From assembly GCA_000004985.1 (NCBI GenBank), contig GG738896.1: DNA of 64,000 nt, one strand, 5' to 3'. Below, in pieces: positions 46,852 to 58,074 of this stretch; positions within the stretch are counted from its first letter, which is position 1; each line of letters opens with the position of its first letter. The translations under genes and the position numbers were made by a program. The notes beneath the pieces were generated by a model. The model was not told the DNA's origin. It worked only from the letters and a program-made list of their open reading frames with translations, and did not search any database. Source of the DNA: Naegleria gruberi (lineage: Eukaryota).

Positions 46852-48120
46852 TCAATCTGAGCTGGTAAATTTAACATGAAAATTTAACATTCTTTCTGTT
46901 GCACAAATTACCAACTCAAAAAATCTGCCAACAGCACTCTTTAAATCAACACCAGAATCAATCATTGGTCTCCAAGCACTGAACATGGACATGTAGAGCG
47001 AGAGTTGAATAACAGCTGCTTTTCTTGTCTCTCTCTTCAATTGCTCTAATGAATAGGTTTTTTCTATTATTGGCTTATTGCAAATTAAACTATTCCAATA
47101 ACTCTCCATTAAATTATGAAAATTATCATTCACCTGTTCACTTAATAAACAGGAAGATATGAAAAACCCTAAATCATAACCACAAGAACCAAATCCAATA
47201 CATTGAAAGTCAACAAACGCAACAGATTCTTCCGAAACTTGCAACATATTGTCTAATCTAAAGTCACAATGATTGAGTGTCCTGTTGTTGGCGGTGAGTA
47301 CTTGGCATCCTTCTTCAACAATTTCGAAAATCTTTCCAGAAGAAACTTGCTCATCAATCACTAGTGCATTCTCTGCCAATTGTTTCATACCAGTTTGTGA
47401 AGAGAAGTACTTTAAAACATAATGATAGTCTTCCCATTTGTCTTTCCACACTTGTTTTACCTCCTCAACCACTTCCTCTACTGGTAGAATATTATTCTTC
47501 TTATTAATCATTGAAGTAACAGTGTGATGAAGTGGAGTCATAACATCATATCCATTCACAACCAACTGAGCCTTGAATTTCTCCTCATCCTCTGCAGTAT
47601 ACCAAAATTCTGATTGTATCAATGCCCACTCCTTCAAGATTAATCGAATCAACTCTGTAGAACATCCAACAATTTGATCTAAAGCCTTCCCTGATTTTCT
47701 CAAAATTAATATGAATTGATCCTTGTTGTTTCTATCAATTTCTGCTACATAAACCGGTGGAACAACATTTCTATTCAATAAATTATTTATACTATTAGTA
47801 TTTAATAAATATTGATAGAAGGCTATTTCCTTCTTGTAGGCTGATGTTTCTGCTAGAAAGTCTCTATCCACATGATGAGCAATACTCTTATCATTCTCAT
47901 CCTTTGCAAATTTAATAAAAACTTCATCCAGAATATTTCCCTCCGAATCTTTTAATTCAAATAAAACAACTTGACTGCATTGTCCCTGAATATTGGAATT
48001 ATTATATGAAACGGAAGCCAATTTATCAAGCCAAACCAACCTTCCATTCATATGTTGCTGATTCGAAAGTTTTTCCTTCAAATATTCAACTGTAATTTCT
48101 GAAGGTGTTTTTGGAATCAT
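46852..48120 (-). CDS. EcKL/CHK-like (aminoglycoside-phosphotransferase fold) small-molecule kinase
   Basis: The start was chosen at MIPKTPSEI. The ORF is open further upstream to 48309. Catalytic HxDxxxxN motif LNHCDFRLDNML and metal-binding VAFVDFQCIGFGSCGYDLGFF match the family. Confidence 0.75.
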   Translation of the reverse strand: MIPKTPSEITVEYLKEKLSNQQHMNGRLVWLDKLASVSYNNSNIQGQCSQVVLFELKDSEGNILDEVFIKFAKDENDKSIAHHVDRDFLAETSAYKKEIAFYQYLLNTNSINNLLNRNVVPPVYVAEIDRNNKDQFILILRKSGKALDQIVGCSTELIRLILKEWALIQSEFWYTAEDEEKFKAQLVVNGYDVMTPLHHTVTSMINKKNNILPVEEVVEEVKQVWKDKWEDYHYVLKYFSSQTGMKQLAENALVIDEQVSSGKIFEIVEEGCQVLTANNRTLNHCDFRLDNMLQVSEESVAFVDFQCIGFGSCGYDLGFFISSCLLSEQVNDNFHNLMESYWNSLICNKPIIEKTYSLEQLKRETRKAAVIQLSLYMSMFSAWRPMIDSGVDLKSAVGRFFELVICATERMLNFHVKFTSSD

Positions 48121-48295
48121 TTTTTTTCCATCTCCAATTTGAAGATTTTCAATTTTTACAATGCAAGTTAGTGCGCATAACCTTAATGAAGTTTGAATAT
48201 TAGATATTATCCTCACTGTAAACAACTTGATTTGCGGCATATAATTGATAACTAATAGTAGAATTAGTACATTTGGGAGTTTAACTTGTAAAAAA
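48121..48295. promoter_or_regulatory. shared divergent intergenic/promoter region between the EcKL-like kinase (minus) and the ABCC transporter (plus)
   Basis: Only 175 bp separate the two inferred start codons, in head-to-head orientation. Confidence 0.4.
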
Positions 48296-51200
48296 ATGGC
48301 TGAACGCACTAAGAATGAAGATGAGGAAAGCCTGATCGTTATTCCTTCGGCATTCTCATCTTCTCAACAAGATCAAGCACAACACCTTGAACAGGTTTCG
48401 GAAGAGAAAGATAATTGGAAGGATGGTGTAGATATTTCCTCTCCTGAACATTTAGATGGAAATGCTTCGTGGTTTTCGATATTGTTTTTTATATTTGTTG
48501 ATCCATTATTAAAAGTTGGATTTAAAAAGGCGGGAGATGGTCCAATGATGATTTGGATTAAAAAGTTGATTTCCAAATTGAAAATTAGAGATTTTGAAAT
48601 TAGAGAAAGTGAGGGAATGACTCATGCAGATATTCCTAAATTGGCAAAACAGTGGACCACTGAACATCAATTTGAAATATTTGAACCAATATTTAGAAAG
48701 AGTTTCATTAATGAAAGACAGAACTATTCAGAAAATGGAGGAATTACAAAGAATTTTGGAACTTTATTTTTGAAAGTTAGCGAGAGAACATTTAGATGGA
48801 GAGGATGGTATGGTGTTGGTCTGTGGAAATTAGCAGAAATGATTTTCCATTACGTTTCACCATTAATTTTATATTTGTTATTGGAATCTATCAAGTCAAC
48901 TGGTATTCAGTCCGATTCTAAACCCTCAAAAGCAGTCGAATCCATATCTATGTTTTATAATGTGCAGTATTCAGTTGTTGCTTTTCAAAATGAAACTCTT
49001 CAAAATGCTGCACTCATCACAAATTCAACATTTAATAACCAAACCAGTTGGCTAAATCAGAACCTTCCTTTAAGCAATGGATTTTTCCAATTTGGGATTG
49101 TAATCTTGCTGTTCTTGTGCAATATACTGCCAACAATTTTCATCAATCAGTATACCTATGGAGTGGGTAATCTTTGGTTTGCTTGGAGAGGTTGTATTCA
49201 AGCAGCTGTTTTTCAAAAGATTAACAGAATTACTAGCTCAGAAAGAAGCAAATTCAAAAGTGGTGAAATTACCAATTTATTTACCACAGATCCAACAAGA
49301 ATTGCAACTCTTATTCTATATTTTCATGAATGTTGGGTTGTTCCAGTTTCACTTTTGGTCGGTTTGTCCATGATTTGCATATTCTTTGGATATAGTGCCT
49401 TCATTGGAGTGGGAGCAATGTTATTAGTGAGTCCTCTTATTCCAGTACTAGCCAAGATTCTAACGAAGGTTGAGGGATGGCTCAGTAAGTTTAGAGATGA
49501 AAGAGTAAAGAATTTGAACGAATTACTGAATGGTATTAGAATTATCAAATTCTTTGTTTTTGAGGAAAAGATGAAAGAGAAAGTTATGGAGAGTAGAAAA
49601 AAAGAGTCCAAAGGGCTGTTTGCATCTGTCCTTACCATGAGTTCACAAAGATTTGCAGCAGTTTTAATGTCAATAGTTGTAAGTTGTAAATTGTTATTAG
49701 AGTTTTTTTTTACACTTTATTAAGGGAGGAAGCGTAACATTTATTTCATATGCTTACTTTGGTGGGCAGTTGACAATTTCAAACATGTTTACTGGCCTTA
49801 TTTTGTTTGATACTTTCAGAGTACCCCTCACAACCTTTCCACTAGTTCTTTCTGGATTAGTTTCTTCTTATGTGAGTGCTAAACGTGTTGGACGATTTCT
49901 TTACAGTGATGAACAGGTTCATCTTCCTCACGACCATTATAATAAGGCTCATTTATGGAATGAAGTTTCCAATCGCTCTTCTTCTGATCACTCTACTAAT
50001 TTGGAAGATAATGTTGCAATTGAGTTTGAAAATGCGTCCATAAAGTGGACTGAAGACGGTGAAACTATAGTTTCAAACTTGAACTTAATATTGGAAAAAG
50101 GAAAACTCTATTCAATCATTGGAGATACTGGTTCAGGAAAATCGACCCTCATTTCTTCCATAATTGGGGAGTCAATTGTCTCTGAAGGCAGTTTGAAAGT
50201 GAATCCTCAGTTGAGCCTTTCTTTATGTGATGAAAATCCATGGATGATCAATTCCAGTGTTAGAAACAATATCATTTTCGATAAGTCCTTAGAATTTGAC
50301 AGTGAAAAGTACAACAGGGTTTTGGAAGTTTGTCAATTGAAAGACGATTTGGAGCAATTCTCAAATTTTGATGAAACTGAAATTGGTTTCTCTGGAATTA
50401 ATCTCTCAGTTGGCCAAAGACATCGTATCAGTCTTGCAAGAGCTTGTTACTCCAATTCAGATATTATCATTATGGATTCTACACTTAATTCAGTTGATGC
50501 AAAGATTTGTAAGTCGATTTTCAGAGATTGTATTTGTGGCCATCTGAAAGGTAAAACCAGAGTGTTACTGACCCATTCACTTCAATTATTGGAGATGGTC
50601 GACGAGGTAATTGTTCTTGAAAAGGGTAAACTCATTGCAAAAGGACCACTTCATTCGATTATGCATGCCTATGATTTTTCAAAGTTAATTTCGGAAAAGG
50701 GAGAAGAATTCGAAAACAATGAATCCAACGACAAGGAGGAACAAGTGAAAAAAGATCCGAAATCCACTGAAAAAGATGACAAGAAGGGTAAACTTGTAAT
50801 TGCTGAAGATAAGAGCAATGAAACTATTAGCTGGGGAGTTTTTCTTTCGTTTGTAAAAGAATGTGGAATTATACTAGTTTTGTTTAGTATAATTTCATGT
50901 CTATTTTCAGTTAGCTCCAAAGCAGGTGGTCAAATATGGATATCAGTTATGAATAATGATTATCTCGGATTGGATATCTTTACTTATGTTTGGATTTTCT
51001 TTGGAATTGGTCTAACAGATGCTTTTTTTGCTTCTCTGAAGGAATTAGCTTTTGGTCTTGCCTCTCTTAAGGCCTCCAACAGTTTTCACAAAAAGATGTT
51101 GAATAATATTCTTCATGCCCCAACTAGATTCTTTGATCAGAACCCAACAGGAAGAATTTTGAATAGATTCACACAAGACGTAGTGGTATTGGACACACAA

Positions 51201-52580
51201 ATGATCTTTGCATTGCCACAATTTATCACAACAATTATTTCAGTTTGCTTTACACTTGTTATGATTTCAATTGTCACTCCACTATTTCTAATTGTAGTTA
51301 TTCCTATCGCTCTTGTATTCTTTGTGGTCCAGGAGTATTATAGAGCTACATCACGTGAAATTAGAAGATTGGAATCCATTTCTAGAAGTCCAGCAATGTC
51401 ACATTTTAATTCCTGTTTGGAGGGTGTTAAAACCATTAAGGCTGCTCTTATTCATGAAAGTATTTACAAGGACAATTTTATGAAGATTGATTTTACAAAC
51501 AAACATTCATACGGAAGATTTCTAATCAATAGATGGTTAGGTGTTAGAATTCAATTAGTTGCACAATTAGTTATTTTTTTTACAGCATTATTTGCAATTA
51601 TTACGAAACACTTTCAACATAATAACGAAGCTCTTTTAGCACTGGTTATTACTTACTCCTTACAATTGAGTGATACTTTCACAGAGTTTGTTCGTTCATT
51701 TGTTGATTTGGAAAGTCATATGACTAGTGTAGAGCGAATCATTCATTACAGTTCAAATATTGAACAAGAGGCCCCTTACGAACTCGAAAGTGATCCAATT
51801 CCATCACAATGGCCTTCTCAAGGGCATGTTCAATTCAACTCTCTTTCTGCAAGATACAGAGATGATCTAGACCCAGTTTTGAATTCCATTCAACTGGAGA
51901 TTAAACCAGGAACAAAAATTGGAGTTGTTGGAAGAACAGGAAGTGGAAAGAGTACCTTGCTAATTTCCCTGTTTAGATTCATAGAAGCAAGTGAAGGAAA
52001 TATAACAATTGATGGAGTGGATATTTCACAAATTGGATTGAAAACTCTCAGAAAATCTCTTTTAATTATTCCACAAATCCCTATTCTATTCTCTGGTACC
52101 ATTCGATACAATCTAGATCCATTCAATGAATTTCAAGACCATGAAATTTGGAAAGCCTTAGAGAGAGTTCATATGAAAGAGAAAATTCAACAAATTGGAC
52201 TCTCTGGAAATGTAACAGAGAATGGCAGCAATTTCTCAATTGGAGAAAGACAATTACTTTCACTTTGTCGATGCATTTTGAGAAGAGCTAAAATAATCAT
52301 ATTTGACGAGTCAACAGCTTTTGTGGATCACAATAGTGATGAGATTGTGCAAAAAGTCATTAGAGAAGAGTTTAAGGAATCGACAATCATTACTGTTGCC
52401 CACAGATTGGATACCATTATTGATTCTGATATGGTTGCATTTATGCAGGATGGTGAAATAATTGAAATCGGTTCTCCAAAGGAATTATTATCTCAGCATG
52501 ATAGTAACTTTTCAAAATTAGTGAATGAAACAGGTAAAAACTATTCAGCACATTTGAAAAAGAAGGCGAATGATAACTGA
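48296..52580 (+). CDS. ABCC (MRP-type) full ABC transporter, 2 exons
   Basis: Exons: 48296..49678 and 49725..52580. The 46-nt intron has a GTAAGT donor and a TTAAG acceptor. This model is colinear with MRP1 (…AAVLMSIV|GGSVTFISYAYFGGQLTISNMFTGLILFDTFRVPL). NBD1: Walker A GDTGSGKST and signature LSVGQRHR. TMD2. NBD2: GRTGSGKST, FSIGERQLLSLCR, IIIFDESTAFVD, Walker B and H-loop. Confidence 0.9.
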
Positions 52581-53152
52581 TAGATTTAAAATAAGATTCA
52601 GATTGAGTAAATATACTGTTGAATCCTTTTGAAGATTGTAATCTCCAACAGTACAGTCTTCTTATTGTTTTCCTGCATAAATTAATTGTTGATACGAGGA
52701 TTACCCTATCTTTTGCTATAGTATCATTAGATTCCATTTCAATGGTGATTGTCTTTCCTGTCAAGTAAAATCAAAGTTATTAACTATATATTGCATCATC
52801 ATCTACTTTCAAAATTGAGGAGTTAAAAAGTTGTTCTGTGGACCATTATCTTCTCATGTAGTATAGGAGGTATTTGTGAAGAAATTTCAGGTGGAAACTG
52901 ATTGTGGTATACAACATCATCGGATGGACAAAATGTTGTTGAGTAAATGGGAGTAAGCCAACAATAGCAGCCGGAGTGGAAGTACCACTGGATGAGATAT
53001 CTGGACTATTTCTTTCTTTTAGATTTGGGGTTGTTTGTGAGAGAATTATTTGGACTAATCTCAATACAAGGACCTGATGACGTTGCAGCAGCTGAAACTG
53101 TGGATACAGTAAGTTTTGTTTCCCTCTTAATGCAAATTTAGAACTGAAAAAA

Positions 53153-53524
53153 ATGAAGAAGCAAAACAACGACTTTAACATCGTGCCATCCATGTTGGTG
53201 CTTATTGTCTGTCGTGCTTTCACCAAAGACACCAATGACTTCACCTTACTAGCCAGCTCAACTATTGATCAACTATTGCTATCGTATAATAAAATAGGCA
53301 AACAATGGCCTCAAAAAATGGTACAATTTATTACCAACAGAACATTGAAAAACTTTACGTATTGGCGAGAGTTGTTCGTTGATGAAAATATTCAACCTTT
53401 AATACAATTTTTATTGAATCAAGAGGATGTTGATCAGGCAACTAAGGCTTCAATTTATAAACTTGTTAGAAAATATAAGTTATCCATTGGTGGTGATGAA
53501 TTTCTACCTAACACCAGTTTCTAG
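53153..53524 (+). CDS. hypothetical small protein (123 aa)
   Basis: ORF with balanced composition. It overlaps an antisense ORF (52846..53244) judged less protein-like. Confidence 0.25.
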   Translation: MKKQNNDFNIVPSMLVLIVCRAFTKDTNDFTLLASSTIDQLLLSYNKIGKQWPQKMVQFITNRTLKNFTYWRELFVDENIQPLIQFLLNQEDVDQATKASIYKLVRKYKLSIGGDEFLPNTSF

Positions 53525-54181
53525 ATTACAGCGATCACTATTCATGACAAATCAATAATTTGATGGGATTGTAAAGTATTTTAACATTTCCAATACGGTT
53601 TACAACATGACACTTATTTCAGAAGCATCTTTACAATATAATCAGCTAAATCTAACAAATGATATCATCAAGAGTCAATTATGATCTTCTTCATGCTTTA
53701 AATGTGATACTATTTCATGTGTTTCTGAACAATAGGGACCAGACACTTTGAATATTGTAATAGTTTCGGTTGGAATAGCTTTCAGATCACCAGTCGTCTA
53801 TTGAAAGAATGGAATCATCTTCTTGGCCACCTTTTTCAATACTTCCATTTCAGAGTTGGATCTATTTTTAAAGAAAGAAATATACCATAATGAAATGAAT
53901 GTTTTCAACAATCTGAAGCTAAGAGAGATTGTAAATCATTACTGAATTTGAGGCATGTAGTGTAATTCTAACATCACGATCAGCTCATTTCTCTGAAGTG
54001 TTGGTGGCGAAACTCCACCCATGCCTTTTTTACAAAAATTTCATTAAGAATTTGAATGGAACTTTGGTATAAGTTTTATCTGGTTCAAAACCATCAATTT
54101 TCGAATGGTCTTTTAGTACTCACAAATTAAACTATAACAAATTAAGAGATAGCTCATTATCTTAATTTTTATATCAACAAT

Positions 54182-54256
54182 GGCTACGGCCATATCACGA
54201 TGAATGCACCTCATCCCGTCCGATTTGAGAAGTTAAGCAGTAGTCTTTTTGGGTTT
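54182..54256 (+). pseudogene. internally deleted 5S rRNA pseudocopy
   Basis: The first about 61 nt are identical to the 5' part of the intact 5S gene at 57621-57740. They are then joined directly to the last about 11 nt (GTAGTCTTTTT) and a T-run. About 55 internal nt are missing. Confidence 0.7.
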
Positions 54257-54786
54257 TTTAACAATAGTTTGGAAACATTTTTAATAATTCTTGGTCAATT
54301 CTAATCTTTTTAAACAATTTTTAACTCTTACCACTCCATTTATCAAATAATTCAGTCTTGTAAAGCTTCCTTATTTGAATCTTTGTGACATGACGATTTT
54401 TTGATGATTTCAAAGGATTTAATTTGTCCACACTGTATCACGCTTGATCCTTTCTACAAAAAGTTGATCTTTCTAATGGAACTTCAGTAATTCTCTCAAT
54501 AACTTTCTTAATTTTCAAATACTCATTTTCATTTACAGTACTATGATTGAAATATTTCACTTTCGTTTACAAACAGTATCTTACCTGTCCAAATAGGATT
54601 ATCAGTTCAACTTTTAGAGTTTCCTGTAGGAAAGTTTAAAGGGTTAAACTTCTATAACGTTAAAATATAATAACTTTTTAACAATAAAATACTCAACTGA
54701 TAGTGGAATAGTTGCTTAGTATTGGCATTATTGAAATTCCATAAAAAAATATATTTAGCATTATGAAAGTAATTGAGATCTTAACT

Positions 54787-55875
54787 TTAATCAGCAAATC
54801 CTGAAGTACCTCCATAATCACCTCCTCCTCCTCCACCACCATAATCATATCCACCACCACCAGAGTAGTCTCCACCACCACCATATCCTCCAGAATAATC
54901 ATAACTTGGTGGCTCATACTTGTATGTTTCTTCAACAGTGGTTGTTGAATATCCTCCATATGGTTCACTTGTAGTAGATGGAGCGTAATAACTAGTTTCT
55001 TTTTGTCTTGTTGGTTGGTCGACCTTTGTAGATGGGGCTGTTGTCGACATTGGAACATCAACTCTTGGATGTGCTGAAACACTTGGTTTGTAAACTGAGC
55101 TAGTTCCCCAATTCTTCTTTAGGAAATAGATTGTGACAGCACCTATTAAAATTATTGCTATAACTCCTACTATAATTAATGGGATTCCAATAGCTTGAAA
55201 ATAAAAATCTGATTTCATACTAGTACCAAGTCCAATTATCTTAATTTCTGGTTTGAAATAAGAATTAGAATTTAATCCTGTCATGTTGAAAGTGGCCTTA
55301 TACTGATTGTCAATTGTCGAGACTTGACCATTGACACAAGTCAAATTATAGGATGAGATTGATGAATCAAATAGGATTGTGGTTGAAATGGATGAAATAA
55401 AGGAATTATCCTGATAGTGATATCTCCAAACAGTGTCTGTTGACTAGTTTTCTCATTGTAATGATTAATAAAATTGTAAACTTACAACTTCAAGATTTGG
55501 AATTAGGGAAAATGATATTCTGAATGAAAACTTGGTTAGTGCATTTGAGGGAGTGGCAGGACTCAAAGTCGAAACAATAAAATAGGATTCAGAACCACTT
55601 TCTAACTTGGAAGAAATCGAATAGGTTGAATCCGAAATAAATACCTTGATTGATAAAGGATCAACACTTGTTGCAATGTCACGTGGAATAGGTCTTCCAA
55701 TCCTTGAGTAACTTCCGTTAAAATTATATTCAAAGTCTTCAACAATGTTCATGGATGATCCTTTTTCCAAGAATTGAATATTCGAAACGATAGAAGAAAT
55801 GGAATATGATTTTTGAGCATGAATTGATGAAAGTTGATACAAAAGTATCATCAAGATAACAACAACCTTCATCAT
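54787..55875 (-). CDS. type I membrane protein with Gly/Tyr-rich cytoplasmic tail, 2 exons
   Basis: Exons on minus strand: 55875..55486 and 55443..54787. The 42-nt intron has a GTAAGT donor and a CTAG acceptor. Signal peptide MMKVVVILMILLYQLSSIHAQ. Single TM helix IGIPLIIVGVIAIILIGAVTIYF. Tail with GGYGGGGDYSGGGGYDYGGGGGGGDYGG. Confidence 0.6.
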
Positions 55876-56241
55876 CCCACCATCCGTGTATTCCAACATT
55901 TTTTTTGATGTTCAAAAGTTTATTCAAGTTTATCCACAGCTCTGATAACTTGCTTTATGTGGGTACCTCGCAGTGGAATTGGTGAGACAATGTCCAAGTT
56001 TGTCCTAGCTGGAATCAGAGTGGAAAGGATCATGAAAAGAGATCAGTATCTTGGAAAGTTCAATGTGAAAACTGGTTGTTGGATTTAATCTGACATGTAT
56101 TGAAGAGCCACTATACGTTATGAATAATTGACTCAAAACTTCATTGGTGTTATTCTTTATCATTCCAATTTTAATATCATACCTGTCCATATTCTTATAA
56201 TCCTCGATAGAATTCTTGACAAAATGACACAAATTCCACCC

Positions 56242-56291
56242 AAGGTACAAGGTTTGATAACTTGGGTGACAAGGTACAAGGTTTGATAACT
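56242..56291. repeat. 21-bp direct repeat x2 (AAGGTACAAGGTTTGATAACT) separated by 8 bp
   Basis: Exact duplication visible in the sequence. It lies in an ORF-poor 1.7-kb region. Confidence 0.6.
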
Positions 56292-57620
56292 GATCTTTTT
56301 GAATTTCCTTATGACTATTGCAGTAAACGCCAAACTCAATTGCATTTCAGTAATTAATGGGATGAAATCATTGTGCAAAGTATGCTGTTGACCTGTTGAT
56401 AAAAAACTTGAAAGTTTTGGGAGTTTTTTCAATCTGTTGGCCAAGGTAGTGAAGAACTCTTTCATTTATGTACCTAAAATGCAAAGAAAGTTCCAAATAG
56501 ATCTGCATGTTCACATGATGAGTGCAAACATATTTTAAATGCTGCCAAAGGACATTTAAATTGTTTAAGTTTCTATTAATTATTAAAAAAATTAAGGTAC
56601 CAATCTGCATGTTCACAAATCCCCCATTCACAAACCATGGCTGGTAAGGAATGCAGCAATCATCTATGAACGAGGAAACCTACAGCGAAGCATGTTTCCA
56701 GTTCGATATCATGCTCAAGATATGTGACTACAGAGTCTTCATCTTGGTTAACCTCAAAGGTCAGATTGACTCAAAAAAGTCGAGTTTATGTATTCCTACA
56801 GAAAAGATCCTGTAGAAGTACAGTCAATGGTTTTATCAAGTTTCATTTGTGAGGTTTGTGATATTGGTTTTGAATGTGTGAAAAGTGAGGTTAAAAAATT
56901 GTGGTACTTTTATGTGAAAAATATAAATTTCGATTCAAGAAAATAATTGAATGTTGATGGCTTCAAGATCAGCTCACAATTTTTAAGAACTTCCTCCTGA
57001 AAGTTGTAAGAAACAACTAATTAAGTGAAGAATTTCCTCATTCCTTGCACAAATACTATTATAATCTGTGAAATGACAAAAAGACAGGTTCCTAATTGAG
57101 ATGAGGTGATATTGATCCTCCCTATGAACTTGTTGATCAAATGAAAATTACATTCATGAATGTTTGCTTCAAAAGTTGAAAGTGGCATTTCCTAAAATAT
57201 AAATAGAAAGAGAGCTGGCTTGAATGTGACAAAATTGTCTCTTGTTCAATTAAAAAAAAAGAAACCTCCTGCAATGAATCTTCAGTCGAGTATTTTCATA
57301 GATTCATTGAGCCCTCTTGTCCAATCAAATCGTTCTAGAAAGAGTGGCGGAGGGCTGATAATTAATGTAGAGGGAGGAAATCCCTGATTGTAACCAAGTA
57401 TTTGCAGTAATGTGAATCCACAGCAGTTAAAAGAGTCTCCTTAATAGTAAACAACAACCCGAACAATTTGGATAAGATTGAATTTACAAGTTTTTCAATA
57501 AAGTTCTTTAAATTGTCAAATGATTTGTATTTAATTTTCTTCAATGTTTGTACATTTCCATTTCAATATTCTCTACATTTCAATATTTAAAGCTGTAAAA
57601 ACAATAAGGTGAAATTAAAA

Positions 57621-57740
57621 AGACTACAGCTTCACAGGTTCCCAAGTTGTCTCCAACCTCAGTACTGATGTGGCTCGACGATGCTTAACTTCTCAAATCG
57701 GACGGGATGAGGTGCATTCATCGTGATATGGCCGTAGCCA
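57621..57740 (-). rRNA. 5S ribosomal RNA gene (chromosomal copy) with downstream T-run terminator
   Basis: The reverse complement (T)GGCTACGGCCATATCACGATGAATGCACCTCATCCCGTCCGATTTGAGAAGTTAAGCATCGTCGAGCCACATCAGTACTGAGGTTGGAGACAACTTGGGAACCTGTGAAGCTGTAGTCTTTTT matches the 5S consensus. It shares the GGTTGGAGACAAC block with Dictyostelium 5S. It ends in a TTTTT Pol III terminator. Confidence 0.85.
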
Positions 57741-58074
57741 TTCACTACTTCAAAATGTATAATTTCAATGTACCTTCCATAACAGTTCATCCTTGCAAAA
57801 TCCTTAGTACCTTATTCAGACCAAAAACTTCAATCAACAAGAAGGTTATTCCAGTTGACAATTTCTGACTTAATGAATTGAACAATTCAATGTTGACTGT
57901 ATTTTCCTTTCCAAACAAAGACTCAATTATTCCATATTTGCACTGATATCGGGAGATTAAATCTGGTAATGTAATTCTTCATGCAACATCATCAGCACAA
58001 CGTTACCTGTTCATTTGCAACTGAAGGTTCTTCTTCAACCCCAAGATGATCATCCTCGAAGTTTCAATATAAAA

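Noticed and set aside
48245-48295. Upstream extension of the ABCC ORF (MITNSRISTFGSLTCKK)
   Set aside because: It depends on an upstream Met 17 codons before the MAERTKNED Met that begins the alignable ABCC N-terminus. It also eats into the divergent promoter. The downstream Met was chosen.
48121-48309. Upstream extension of the EcKL-like kinase ORF (MRSAIFLQVKLPNV…)
   Set aside because: The residues upstream of MIPKTPSEI have a hydrophobic, non-kinase character and no homology. They probably represent open 5' leader.
49679-49700. Possible 22-nt intron in the ABCC gene (acceptor at 49700)
   Set aside because: It is too short for spliceosomal removal. The acceptor at 49724 gives a 46-nt intron and a protein colinear with MRP1, so that model was adopted.
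52846-53244. 132-aa minus ORF
   Set aside because: It overlaps the plus-strand ORF 53153-53524. Its composition is less protein-like. It was kept only as the rejected alternative.
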